A stretch of DNA of 64,000 nt from an uncultured Ruminococcus sp. (GCA_964530795.1 CAZHBX010000002.1:28719-92718); one strand, 5' to 3'. Positions 41,559 to 50,952 are shown, counted from the first letter of the stretch. Program-made: numbers and translations. Notes: generated from the sequence alone by a model not told the origin.

Positions 41559-42395
41559 TTATGGCGTTTTCAGAGCGGTTTCCAGGAGCAACGAGACCCG
41601 TTCGCTCAGTGCACGGGTTCGCAGGGAAATCACTTCCTCGACTGGCAGCACCTCACAGACCGTCAGCGTCACCTCCGTGCGGCGGAACGGGAAGCGGCGC
41701 GCAATCTCGGCGGTTCCGCGCGTCGCGACGACGGCGACGGGCGCCTTCGCCTTCTGCGCAATCATCATTACGCCGTCGTGGAACGGCAGCAGCGTCGGTA
41801 GCGGCTGGTTCTTCGGCGAATCCTTGCGAAGCCGGTTGCGGGTTCCTTCCGGGTACACGCCCATCGAGCAGACCCCCCGTCCGAGCTGGTCGGCGGCGGT
41901 GTGGATCGTGCGGATGGCGCTCCGTGCGTCCGTGCGGTCAATCGCGAGAAAACCGCAGTAGCGTGCGAATTTCCCGATAAGCGGGATGCGCAGGATCTCC
42001 GGCTTGGCGACGAAAGACAGCGGCCGTTTCGGGAAGGCGGCGACGGCGACGATGGGATCGAACAGGGAACGGTGGTTGGATACCAGTAAAAACGGCGTTT
42101 CCGGCAGCTTTTCGGCGCCTTCCACCCGCACTTTCACCCGGGCCGCCGCGCAAACCGAGCGCAGCGTCTCCACCAGAAGCCACCGTGCGGCCGGGTGCTC
42201 CCGCTCTAACGGGGCTTTCGGGCGTAGGAAAAAGGAAACCATCAGCAGAAACAGGATGTACAGCAGGATGATCCCCAATAGGAAAGCGACGGACAGCCCG
42301 ATGAACGTGGGCAGGAGCAGCGCTTTATGAATGTCCCAAAGCACGCAGCAAAGCGCGGACAGCAGGATCCCCACCGCGCTGAAAGCGAGCAGCAT
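41559..42395 (-). CDS. plsC: 1-acyl-sn-glycerol-3-phosphate acyltransferase
   Basis: 278 aa with N-terminal TM segments. It has the HX4D motif (SNHRSLFDP) and the EGTR motif (YPEGTRN). Confidence 0.85.
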   Translation of the reverse strand: MLLAFSAVGILLSALCCVLWDIHKALLLPTFIGLSVAFLLGIILLYILFLLMVSFFLRPKAPLEREHPAARWLLVETLRSVCAAARVKVRVEGAEKLPETPFLLVSNHRSLFDPIVAVAAFPKRPLSFVAKPEILRIPLIGKFARYCGFLAIDRTDARSAIRTIHTAADQLGRGVCSMGVYPEGTRNRLRKDSPKNQPLPTLLPFHDGVMMIAQKAKAPVAVVATRGTAEIARRFPFRRTEVTLTVCEVLPVEEVISLRTRALSERVSLLLETALKTP

Positions 42396-42452
42396 GGTCG
42401 GCTGCCTCCCTTCCCCGGTTTTCTTCCATTATATCCCTTTCCACCGGTTTTG

Positions 42453-43358
42453 TCAAGCAAAAAGTTCCGCGAGCAGCAGCAAAAACGCACCCGTGAGCAG
42501 TTTCCCGAGCAGGTACGGGCGCAGGGACAATTTTCCGCGTGTCACCGAGGAAACCTGCGCGCACACACAGAGCCCGGCGCAGCCCACGATTCCCGCCGCG
42601 AGCAGCCTGCCGGTTTTTCCACCGAGCGCGGCCGCCCGCTCGACCCCGGAGGAGAACTCCAGCAGCCCTTGCAGAATCGCCGCCCCGACGCCGTCCGGCG
42701 AAATCCCGGAGAGATGCAGCAGCAGGTCCGCCGACGTTCCGAAGAACACCAGCATCCCGCCAAGCTCGAGCATCGTGTGCGCGCTCCCCGCGACCGTCCT
42801 CGCGACTGCGCTGATCCCGGTTTCCGTCTGGACCGGGGAAACCCGCACCCCGCCGCAGGATGGGCGGAGGACGACGTACAGCACCCCCGCCGCGAGCAGG
42901 GCGGCGAGCAGTTGTAGCAGGGCAAGCCGGACGCCGAACCTGACGTCTTCGAACAGCGTGCTCCCGACCACGCCGACAAGGAACGGTAGGGAGGCGAGGT
43001 TGGAAAACCCGCACAGAAATTCCGCGCGGACCTTGGAAATCTGCCCTTCCTCATATAGCTGCACCGCTGTCCGCGCCCCGACTGGGAACCCGCACAGCAC
43101 GCCGAGTGCAAGCCCCGTCAGCTCTACCCCGAACGGAAAGCGGTAGAGCGCCCGCGCCGGCGGGGAGGACACCAGCAGTCCGGACAGGCAGAGCGAGACG
43201 AACAGCGATGGAAATACCGACTTTACGAAGAACGTCAGTCGCCCGAGCGTCAGCGAAGCGGACAGCGACGGGTGCGTGAGCAGGAGCGCGAACAGCGCGA
43301 GCGGAAAGAGCATGAAAATGCACCGGGATGCCCGGCGCAGACCGGCAGACAGGTTCAT
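42453..43358 (-). CDS. ylbJ: sporulation integral membrane protein YlbJ-like (nucleoside-recognition/GATE domain)
   Basis: 301 aa polytopic membrane protein with an N-terminal region typical of YlbJ (..FPSLFVSLCLSGLL..). It is shorter than the roughly 400-aa family norm. Confidence 0.6.
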   Translation of the reverse strand: MNLSAGLRRASRCIFMLFPLALFALLLTHPSLSASLTLGRLTFFVKSVFPSLFVSLCLSGLLVSSPPARALYRFPFGVELTGLALGVLCGFPVGARTAVQLYEEGQISKVRAEFLCGFSNLASLPFLVGVVGSTLFEDVRFGVRLALLQLLAALLAAGVLYVVLRPSCGGVRVSPVQTETGISAVARTVAGSAHTMLELGGMLVFFGTSADLLLHLSGISPDGVGAAILQGLLEFSSGVERAAALGGKTGRLLAAGIVGCAGLCVCAQVSSVTRGKLSLRPYLLGKLLTGAFLLLLAELFA

Positions 43359-43401
43359 AAAATCCCTCCGGCACCAATATACTATTGTTGCAGCGGGGGG
43401 T

Positions 43402-43704
43402 ATGCTTTTTTCGTCGGAACGGGTACTTCCCCCGCCTGCGGAAAGGCGCGTGAAGCGGGTTTTGCTGAAGAAATTGCCCCGTTCGGAAGGGGTTTACATC
43501 GAATGGCGCAACGGGAACCGGCTGCTCGCCGAGGGGATTGACAGCCTGCTCGAATATGGCGAGGAACGGGTTGCCGTCGGCGCGGGGGACCGGCGCATCG
43601 TCTTTGCGGGTTCGGGATTGGAGATGACCTTCCTTTCCGAGAACCGCATCGTGCTCGAGGGGGATATCCTCGAGGTCCGCTACGAAACCGAAAAGGAGCG
43701 CTAG
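43402..43704 (+). CDS. yqfC: sporulation protein YqfC
   Basis: 100 aa. It has a YabP/YqfC fold pattern (..RNGNRLLAEGIDSLLEYGEERVAVGAGDRRIVFAGSGLEMTFLSENRIVLEGDILEVRY) and lies immediately upstream of yqfD. Confidence 0.7.
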   Translation: MLFSSERVLPPPAERRVKRVLLKKLPRSEGVYIEWRNGNRLLAEGIDSLLEYGEERVAVGAGDRRIVFAGSGLEMTFLSENRIVLEGDILEVRYETEKER

Positions 43705-43707
43705 GGC

Positions 43708-44925
43708 ATGTACCGCTTTCTGCATCCCCTGTTCGGGGAGTACCATATCCGCCTGCGGGGAGAGGGCGTCCTTCCGTTCCTGTACCGGCAGAGCGCCGAC
43801 GGGGTGCTGTTCTGGCACGTCCGGCGAGAGGAGGACGGCGCTGTCCTGTTGCGGACTTCCCTGTCCTGCGCCGAATCCCTGCTCGCCGAAGCGCGGGAAG
43901 CGGGGCTGGAGACGGAGCTGCTGCGCAAGCGGGGGCTTCCCTTCCTGTTCGCCCGCTACCGGAGGCGTCCGGGGCTGCTGATTGGAATGTTCTTAGGGCT
44001 TGCGCTGCTGTTCTGGGCGGAGTTGTTCGTTTGGAAGGTGTCGGTCAACGGCAACGTGCTGCTGACCGACAAGGAAGTCACCGAAGCGCTCGCGGACTGC
44101 GGAGTCCATGTGGGAAGCTACATCCCGGACATTCCCATCCTGCGAGTGCAGAACGAGTTCCTGCTAACCTTCCGGGACGTCTCCTCCATCGCCATCAACG
44201 TCAAGGGCACGCATATCGAGGTCGAGCTGCTCGAACGCACCCACGCGCCGGAGATCGACCCAAACGACGGGGTATGCGACCTCGTCGCGTCCGAGGACGG
44301 CATTGTCCTTTCGGTGGACGTGGCGGCGGGGACGGCGCTGGTGCACCCGGGGGACGTGGTCACGGCGGGGCAGACGCTGGTCAGCGGCTACACGGTCGAC
44401 GGGCGCGGAGTCTACCGGCTCCACCACGCCCGCGGCAGCGTCAAGGCACAGACTTACGAGCGATGTTCGTTCGTTATCCCGCTCGAGCGCACGGTCAAAC
44501 ACTACACCGGGCGGACCGAAAAAAAGACGACCCTCACCTTGCTGGGCAAGAGTCTTGACTTGTTCCGGAATGAAGAATGCCGGTTTGACACCTTCGACAC
44601 AGAGGTTACGGAAAAGCCATTCGTGCTTTTCGGGATCGCGGAGACCCCGATCGTTCGCACGAGCGTGACCTACACCGAATACACTCCGGAGACCGTCACC
44701 ATCACACCGGAACAGGCGCAGCGGGAGGCGGAGGAGGCGTTTCAGGCGTGGCTGGGGCGGCAGACGGATGAGGTACTCGAAAGCACGAGCAGCGTCAGCT
44801 TCGACGAGATCCAGAACGCCTGCATCCTCGACGCGGAGGTCACGTTCCTGCGGGAGCTGGCCGTGGATTCCCCGTTTACACCCGGGGAGACCCCGCCGGA
44901 GGGGCTGCTTCCGAATGCGCCCTGA
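43708..44925 (+). CDS. yqfD: sporulation protein YqfD (stage IV)
   Basis: 405 aa. The architecture is N-terminal domain, one TM (LLIGMFLGLALLFWAELFVW), then WKVSVNGN. This is canonical YqfD. Confidence 0.8.
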   Translation: MYRFLHPLFGEYHIRLRGEGVLPFLYRQSADGVLFWHVRREEDGAVLLRTSLSCAESLLAEAREAGLETELLRKRGLPFLFARYRRRPGLLIGMFLGLALLFWAELFVWKVSVNGNVLLTDKEVTEALADCGVHVGSYIPDIPILRVQNEFLLTFRDVSSIAINVKGTHIEVELLERTHAPEIDPNDGVCDLVASEDGIVLSVDVAAGTALVHPGDVVTAGQTLVSGYTVDGRGVYRLHHARGSVKAQTYERCSFVIPLERTVKHYTGRTEKKTTLTLLGKSLDLFRNEECRFDTFDTEVTEKPFVLFGIAETPIVRTSVTYTEYTPETVTITPEQAQREAEEAFQAWLGRQTDEVLESTSSVSFDEIQNACILDAEVTFLRELAVDSPFTPGETPPEGLLPNAP

Positions 44926-45448
44926 ATAGATCGTTCCCGTTCGCGTCCACTGCGACGGTCAGCGGGAATTCCCGAAATTCCAGCTTCTTGACGGACTCGC
45001 ACCCGAGTTCCGGGAAGGCGATCTCGTCGCAGGAAACGATCCGGCTGGCGTAGAAAGCGCCGGCCCCGCCGACCGCGATGAGGTAGCAGCCGCCGGTCTC
45101 CCGGATCGCTTCCACGACTTCCGCGCTCCGACCGCCCTTGCCGATGGTCCCTTTCAGGCCCAGCCGATAGAGCGACGGGGCGAATGCGTCCATCCGACCG
45201 GACGTCGTCGGTCCGAACGAGCCGCATACCCGCCCTTCCGGTGCGGGAGTAGGTCCGGCATAGTAGAGGAAAGCGCCCTCCAGCGGGAAGGGCATGGATT
45301 TGCCCGCCGCGAGAAGCTCGAACATCTTTTTATGTGCCGCGTCCCGGGCGGTGTACACGGTCCCGCTCAGCGAAAGGACATCCCCCGCGCGCAGCTCCGG
45401 CAGCCAGCACGACGCGTCCTCGACGCGCACCGAACGAACTTCACTCAT
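44876..45448 (-). CDS. Fe-S-type hydro-lyase beta subunit (class I fumarate hydratase / L-tartrate dehydratase beta)
   Basis: 190 aa. LSGTVYTARDAAHKKM...YYAGPTPA..G...GS.GPTTSGRMD...GLKG.IGKG matches the FumA_C/TtdB family. Confidence 0.8.
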   Translation of the reverse strand: MSEVRSVRVEDASCWLPELRAGDVLSLSGTVYTARDAAHKKMFELLAAGKSMPFPLEGAFLYYAGPTPAPEGRVCGSFGPTTSGRMDAFAPSLYRLGLKGTIGKGGRSAEVVEAIRETGGCYLIAVGGAGAFYASRIVSCDEIAFPELGCESVKKLEFREFPLTVAVDANGNDLFRAHSEAAPPAGSPRV

Positions 45449-45981
45449 TGCAGATTCCCAAGCGCCTTGCGGCGCAGGTCCTCCGTCGCGTCACCGATGG
45501 CGGTCTCCGTTTTGCGCAGGTCCGCCGAAAGCGCGCCGATGCGCTTAGCGAACAGGTCCGCCGCCTGTCCGAGAACGGCGCATCGGGCGCGCACCTCCGC
45601 GACGGCGCGGGCGGTTTCCTGTTCCGCCTTGCGGCGCTCCGTGGCGACCAGGGCCGCCGCTTTCCGCTGCGCGTCCGCGAGGATCGCCTCGGCGCGGGCG
45701 TCCGCGGTCAGCATCCGCTGTCCAATGCTCGCCTGCAGCGTCTCGAACTCCCGCTCCTTTGCTTCAAGCGCTTCGCGCAACTCGCGTTCCCGCGCTTCGA
45801 ATTCCACTTCCTTGGTATGCAGCGCTTCCTGCGTTTCCGCCAGCGCCGTTTCAAGCTCTCGCAACTTGTCCTCCCACGCCGTTTCCTTCTCCGCGCAGGT
45901 GCGGTTCATTTCCAGCAGGAAAGCGTCCACCTGATCGCGGTCGTACCCGCGTCCCGCCTTCGCAAACATCGCTTCCGCCAT
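45445..45981 (-). CDS. DivIVA-domain protein
   Basis: 178 aa. It has the N-terminal motif F..AGRGYDRDQVDAFL followed by a long coiled coil. Confidence 0.75.
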   Translation of the reverse strand: MAEAMFAKAGRGYDRDQVDAFLLEMNRTCAEKETAWEDKLRELETALAETQEALHTKEVEFEARERELREALEAKEREFETLQASIGQRMLTADARAEAILADAQRKAAALVATERRKAEQETARAVAEVRARCAVLGQAADLFAKRIGALSADLRKTETAIGDATEDLRRKALGNLQ

Positions 45982-46106
45982 GCGTCTGTCCCATCCCTTC
46001 CGGCGCTTTTTACGCCGTTGTTTCCTTCTCTACGGATAAGATACCACATTTTTTCGCATTTGTCAACCAGAAAACACGACCTTCGCCCGTCGGAAAGGAG
46101 TTTCGT

Positions 46107-47432
46107 ATGCTGCAAACCCTGCGGGAGGCCCTCTGGGGATTTCCTATGATTGCACTGCTGGTGGTCGGCGGTTGCTGGTTTACCATCCGGACGGGCTTCT
46201 TCCAGCTCCATCCGATCCGCCTGTGCCGCCATACTGTCGGCGGGCTGTTTCACAAGAAGGAGGGGCGGCGGTCTCTGCTTGCCTCGGTTTCCACTGCGCT
46301 TGGCGGGACGGTCGGGGTGGGCAGCATCACCGGGGTCGCTTATGGAATTGCCGTCGGCGGGGCGGGGAGTGTATTCTGGATGTGGGTCAGCGGATTTACC
46401 GGCATGGCGCTGAAGTACGCCGAGGTCTACCTCGCCGTCGCCCACCGCAGGAAATTGCCGGACGGCGGGTATACCGGCGGCGCTCCGTACGGTCTTGCCG
46501 ACCTCGGGCTGCGACCGCTTGGCGTGCTGTTCGCTCTGCTTTGCGTGTTTTCCTCTTTCGGGGTCGGCAACCTCGCGCAAATTGGCGCGCTGACGGAAGC
46601 GGCGGGAACGCTTGGCGTGTCCGCCCCGGTCTGCGGCGGCGTGTGCGCTTTGCTGCTCGCCTATGCCCTGTTCGGCGGGCGGGAGCGCATCGGCAAGCTG
46701 AACACCGCCATTGTTCCGGCCGCGTCGGTGCTCTACCTGCTCTCGGTCCTTTGGATTTTGCTCTGCAACCTGTCTGCTCTGCCGGGGGTGTTCCTTCGCA
46801 TCTTGCGAGAGGCCTTTGGGATTCGCGCGGCGGTCGGCGGAGTGAGCGGGAGCCTGCTTTCGCTGGCGCTGCGCGAAGGGTTTGCCCGCGGGGTGTTCTC
46901 GAACGAGGCGGGGGTCGGGTCCTCCCCGCTCGCCCATGCGTCCTCCGGCGAAAGCGACCCGCAGAAGCAGGGGGAATGGGGCGCTTTTGAGATCCTTGCC
47001 GACACCTTCCTCGTCTCTACCCTGACGGCGCTCGCGCTGCTTGCGGCGGGCGGGGAAAACATGCAGATGGCGGAACTGTTCGGCGAAACGTTCGGGACGG
47101 GCGGGGTACTGCTGTTCACGCTGCTCGCTGCGGTATTTGCCTTTTCCTCCATTCTCAGCTGGTGCTATTACAGCGACGTCTGCCTCACCTTCCTCGCCCT
47201 GCCGCACGGGCAGACGGTCTACCGCCTGCTGTCCGTCGGGGCGGCCTTTTTCGGGGCATTCGTTCCGATGCGCGCGCTCTGGGCGATCGCGGACGTGCTG
47301 AACGCTCTGATGATCCTACCGAACCTCCTGCTTTTGTTCCTGCAACGAAAAGAAGTCGTCTACATCTCCGAAAAGGAAAGGTTGTCAACGTGTGGTACTC
47401 TGAAGAACAAGAAGTCCTCCTGCGCGAACTGA
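46107..47432 (+). CDS. alanine/glycine:cation symporter (AGCS family)
   Basis: 441 aa from ATG 46107, with RBS GGAAAGGAG. FFQL...., ALGGTVGVGSITGVA and FSNEAG.GS.P.AH are AGCS motifs. Confidence 0.85.
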   Translation: MLQTLREALWGFPMIALLVVGGCWFTIRTGFFQLHPIRLCRHTVGGLFHKKEGRRSLLASVSTALGGTVGVGSITGVAYGIAVGGAGSVFWMWVSGFTGMALKYAEVYLAVAHRRKLPDGGYTGGAPYGLADLGLRPLGVLFALLCVFSSFGVGNLAQIGALTEAAGTLGVSAPVCGGVCALLLAYALFGGRERIGKLNTAIVPAASVLYLLSVLWILLCNLSALPGVFLRILREAFGIRAAVGGVSGSLLSLALREGFARGVFSNEAGVGSSPLAHASSGESDPQKQGEWGAFEILADTFLVSTLTALALLAAGGENMQMAELFGETFGTGGVLLFTLLAAVFAFSSILSWCYYSDVCLTFLALPHGQTVYRLLSVGAAFFGAFVPMRALWAIADVLNALMILPNLLLLFLQRKEVVYISEKERLSTCGTLKNKKSSCAN

Positions 47433-49909
47433 AAACCGACCGAAACGGCCTGCGCGAGCGCGACGCCGCCGAACGTCTGCGCACCTACGGCGCAAACACC
47501 CTGCGGCCACGCCGGCGCAAACACCCGCTTCTCCGCTTTTTCTCCGCTTTCGCCGACCGCATGACGCTGGTCCTGCTCGCTGCCGCGGGGATCTCCTTCG
47601 CCACCGACCTCCTTAACGGCGAATTCAGCCCCGACCCGTTCATCATTCTCGCCATCGTTCTGCTCAACGCCATCGTCACGCTGGTACAGGAGAGCCGGGC
47701 GGAAAAGGCGCTCGAGGCGCTTAAACGGATTTCCGCTCCGACCTGCACGGTCCTGCGGGATGGGGTCGAGCGGTGCATTCCGGGCGAACAGGTTGTCCCC
47801 GGGGACATTGTCCGCCTGTCGAAAGGGGAGATTGTTCCCTGTGACGGCCGACTGCTGGAGGCGGACGGGCTGCTCACAGACGAATCGGCGCTGACCGGCG
47901 AATCCGGCGGGGTGCGCAAGGACGCTTCGCGCCTGCTGCCGCCCGGGACTTCGACCGGGGATGTGGTTAATGCGGTCTGGGGCGGGACGGCGGTCCTCGC
48001 GGGGAGCGGACTGTTCGTGGCGGTCAAAACCGGCATGGACACCGCCGTCGGAAGCATCGCGTCGCTGCTGGAGGGGGAGGAGGAAAAGACCCCGCTGCAG
48101 CAGCGGCTCGCAAAGCTCTCCGGGGTATTCGGCAACCTGACCATCGGGATCTGTGTGGTCATCTTCCTGCTCTCCCTCTGGAAGGGGCTTAAGCCAAAGG
48201 ACATGTTCCTGACAAGCGTCAGCCTCGCGGTCGCGGCCATCCCGGAGGGGCTGCCCGCTATCGTGACCGTCGTGCTGTCGCTCGGGGTGCAGCGTATGGC
48301 GAAGCAGCGGGCCATCGTGCGCAGGCTCCCGGCGGTGGAAACGCTCGGCTGCGCCGGAGTCATCTGTTCGGATAAGACTGGAACGCTGACCTGCAACCGC
48401 ATGACCGTCACCGACGTGTACGGCGAACGCGAACAGATCGAGCGTGCGTGCATCCTTTGCAACGACCTCATCTCCCCAACCGAGGAGGCGCTCTGGGACT
48501 TCGCCATTCATGCGGGAAAGGACCCGGAAGTCCTCCGTGAACGCTTCCCCCGGGTGAAAACCCTGCCGTTTGATTCGGACGTCAAGCGGATGCTGACCTT
48601 GCACCGCTTCGGAAATCGCTATGTCACCTACCTGAAGGGGGCGCCGGACGTGCTTGCGGAGTTTTGCGGCGGGCTTTCGCGGGAGGCGGCGGAGGCGATG
48701 AAGGTCATGACGGAGGACGCGAAGCGGGTCATCGGATTTGCGGTCGCGGAATCGGATGCGCAGCCGGCGGATCCGTTGCGGCAAAGATTCCGGTTCCTCG
48801 GACTCTGCGGGATGGAGGATCCGCCCCGAGAGGGGGTGGAGGAAGCGGTCCGGCAATGCGCCGACGCGGGCATCCTGCCGGTCATGATTACCGGCGATCA
48901 CGCCTCGACCGCCTCCGCGGTCGCCCGCCGGCTCGGCATCCTGCGGGACGGGCAGACTTGCCGCACGGAAGCGGAACTGCGGGATCTTTCCGATGAGCAG
49001 CTCGCCGAACAGGTTCGTACCTGCACGGTGTTCGCCCGCACTACCCCCGCCTTTAAAATGCGCATCGTCGATGCTTACCGCAAAAACGGCTTTGTCGTCG
49101 CCATGACCGGTGACGGGGTCAACGACGCGCCGGCGCTCCGCAAGGCAGACATCGGCTGCGCAATGGGCAAAGGCGGCACGGAGGTCGCCCGGGAGGCGTC
49201 CGACCTAATCCTGACCGACGACAACTTCTCCACCATCGTCGAATCCGTCCGCGAGGGGCGGACCATCTATGGCAACATTCGCCGGGCCGTGCACTTCCTG
49301 CTCTCCTGCAACATCGGTGAAATCATCACGGTTTTGCTCGGCATCCTGCTTTCGCTGCCTTCTCCGCTCGAGGCGATTCAACTGCTCTGGGTAAACCTCG
49401 TGACCGACTCCCTGCCCGCTATTTCGCTTGGGCTGGAAAAGCCCGCCCGGGACGTGATGCGACACCCGCCGGGCCGGCGCGACGAGCCGTTGTTCCCCGC
49501 CCCGCGCTGGTTGGAGATTTTTGCGGAGGGCGTCCTTATCGGCTGTCTGTCTCTTCTCGCCTTCGGATTTGGGGCGATTTCAGGCGGCTTTGCCGTCGGA
49601 CGGACCATGGCGTTCACGGTACTCGCGGTGTCGCAGCTGGTACACGCGTTCAACATGCGCTCGTCCGAGTCGCTTCTGACGATTTCGCCGTTCTCCAACC
49701 CGTGGCTGCTTGGGTCGTTCCTGCTCGGCACCGCCATGCAGGTCGCCGTTGTGCAGATCCCGTTCCTCGGACGATTGTTCCTGACCGTTCCGCTGAACGC
49801 TTCCCAGTGGCTCTGCACCGCGGGGCTCTGCGCGTTCCCGCTGGTGTTCTGCGAGCTGTATAAGCGGGTTCGGAACGGTTTCCGGCGGAAGAAAGGCCGC
49901 ATTTCATAA
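47390..49909 (+). CDS. cation-translocating P-type ATPase (Ca2+/P2-type)
   Basis: 839 aa from GTG 47390, with RBS AAAAGGAAAGG. Motifs: ICSDKTGTLT, MITGDH, GDGVNDAPAL and PEGLP. Confidence 0.9.
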   Translation: MWYSEEQEVLLRELKTDRNGLRERDAAERLRTYGANTLRPRRRKHPLLRFFSAFADRMTLVLLAAAGISFATDLLNGEFSPDPFIILAIVLLNAIVTLVQESRAEKALEALKRISAPTCTVLRDGVERCIPGEQVVPGDIVRLSKGEIVPCDGRLLEADGLLTDESALTGESGGVRKDASRLLPPGTSTGDVVNAVWGGTAVLAGSGLFVAVKTGMDTAVGSIASLLEGEEEKTPLQQRLAKLSGVFGNLTIGICVVIFLLSLWKGLKPKDMFLTSVSLAVAAIPEGLPAIVTVVLSLGVQRMAKQRAIVRRLPAVETLGCAGVICSDKTGTLTCNRMTVTDVYGEREQIERACILCNDLISPTEEALWDFAIHAGKDPEVLRERFPRVKTLPFDSDVKRMLTLHRFGNRYVTYLKGAPDVLAEFCGGLSREAAEAMKVMTEDAKRVIGFAVAESDAQPADPLRQRFRFLGLCGMEDPPREGVEEAVRQCADAGILPVMITGDHASTASAVARRLGILRDGQTCRTEAELRDLSDEQLAEQVRTCTVFARTTPAFKMRIVDAYRKNGFVVAMTGDGVNDAPALRKADIGCAMGKGGTEVAREASDLILTDDNFSTIVESVREGRTIYGNIRRAVHFLLSCNIGEIITVLLGILLSLPSPLEAIQLLWVNLVTDSLPAISLGLEKPARDVMRHPPGRRDEPLFPAPRWLEIFAEGVLIGCLSLLAFGFGAISGGFAVGRTMAFTVLAVSQLVHAFNMRSSESLLTISPFSNPWLLGSFLLGTAMQVAVVQIPFLGRLFLTVPLNASQWLCTAGLCAFPLVFCELYKRVRNGFRRKKGRIS

Positions 49910-49917
49910 AGAAAAGG

Positions 49918-49957
49918 CGTCGCCCCGCTCGGTGACGCCTTTCTTTGGCGGTATTTT
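49918..49957. terminator. bidirectional intrinsic terminator
   Basis: AAAGAAAAGGCGTC-loop-GACGCCTTTCTTT, between convergent genes. Confidence 0.7.
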
Positions 49958-49962
49958 CGTTG

Positions 49963-50715
49963 TTACGCGGCGGAGGTGCGGCTCCGTCCAAAGATTTTTT
50001 CTCCAACCTTCGTCAGGCGAAGGATCGTTGGGGAAAGTATAAGGTTGAATAGGACCTCAAACAGGAAATTTCCGCCGACTAAGACGTAAAAGATGTACTG
50101 CGTCACGTTCTGTTCCCGAAGTTCCTCCGTGAGAATCGCGCAACCGCTGTCGGTGAGGATCTTGCGGACCGCTTCGTAATTGGCCGCCGCGGCAGTAACT
50201 TCAAAATTTCCATCTGCGCCGAGAGACGCATGGGTCGCCGTGATCAGCCATTGTGCCTGATCCGCCGCGACCGCGGAGAGATCGTTGAGAAAAAACAGGT
50301 AACACCCCGCGACGAATACGCCGGTGTTCACGACCGGGCAGACGAGCGCCGAAACGAGGATGGCGACCCAGCGGTTCCACTTTTGCAGCAGGGAATAGAC
50401 CACACCGGCGGCGACGCCTGCGGCGATGCCCTTGACCAGTACCGTGACGACCGTCCCAACGATGCTAAATCCCATGAAGAACGCGGCGTCGCCGGATACG
50501 AGCACGGTCACGCCGAACACCAGACCGAGCCACCCGCCTGCAAGCGGGCCGAGCAGTGCCGCGCCGATGACGATCGGGATCAGCACGAGGGAAACGGAAA
50601 ACATGCCGAAATGGATGAACGAACCGAGCAGCTGTAAAACGACCACAAGAGCGGTCATAAGGCCAAGCAGGGTGACGCGTTGTGCCTTTGACAGGGGCTT
50701 TTCATTGGTTTGCAT
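49963..50715 (-). CDS. ECF transporter S component (substrate unknown; pantothenate suggested by context)
   Basis: 250 aa from MQTNEK. It has multiple TM helices typical of an S component, with a roughly 60-aa hydrophilic insertion (..AADQAQWLITATHASLGADGNFEVTAAAANYEAVRKILTDSGCAILTEELREQ..). Confidence 0.65.
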   Translation of the reverse strand: MQTNEKPLSKAQRVTLLGLMTALVVVLQLLGSFIHFGMFSVSLVLIPIVIGAALLGPLAGGWLGLVFGVTVLVSGDAAFFMGFSIVGTVVTVLVKGIAAGVAAGVVYSLLQKWNRWVAILVSALVCPVVNTGVFVAGCYLFFLNDLSAVAADQAQWLITATHASLGADGNFEVTAAAANYEAVRKILTDSGCAILTEELREQNVTQYIFYVLVGGNFLFEVLFNLILSPTILRLTKVGEKIFGRSRTSAA

Positions 50716-50768
50716 GGGGTTTCTCCTTTTGCCGCTGACGTCCCGCATGGCGGGTACGGTGCAGCGGG

Positions 50769-50855
50769 TTATTTATGAATACGGTTGTCCGCGTTTACGT
50801 CGTCGAACAGACCGAACGAAATGCTTGAATTTCCGATGTCCGCCGCAAGCGGCAT
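50769..50855 (-). pseudogene. 28-codon ORF resembling the N-terminus of type III pantothenate kinase (CoaX); truncated remnant or leader peptide
   Basis: MPLAADIGNSSISFGLFDDVNADNRIHK* compared with the CoaX N-terminal M.L..D.GNT....GLF (ASKHA phosphate-1 motif). It has its own GGAGG RBS and promoter, and ends 53 nt before the S-component ATG. Confidence 0.4.
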
Positions 50856-50877
50856 GTCGTCGCCTCCAGTATTTTCC

Positions 50878-50906
50878 AGTCTAACACGAAATTGCAAATA
50901 TTTCAA
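50878..50906 (-). promoter_or_regulatory. extended -10 promoter driving the mini-ORF + ECF S component
   Basis: On the minus strand: TTGAAA, 17 nt, TGtTAGACT. Confidence 0.5.
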
Positions 50907-50952
50907 CACGGAAATATGAACAAATCGCACACGTCCGGCTGGGGATTCCCGG

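Noticed and set aside
44876-44925. 50-nt convergent overlap between the yqfD and hydro-lyase beta-subunit coding regions as a possible antisense-regulation feature.
   Set aside because: It is most simply explained by a non-conserved C-terminal read-through extension of the beta-subunit ORF. No structural element was seen.
50716-50900. Possible THF, TPP, FMN or preQ1 riboswitch upstream of the ECF S component.
   Set aside because: I could not find any of the conserved cores I know. The region is instead explained by a promoter, a short CoaX-like ORF and one hairpin.
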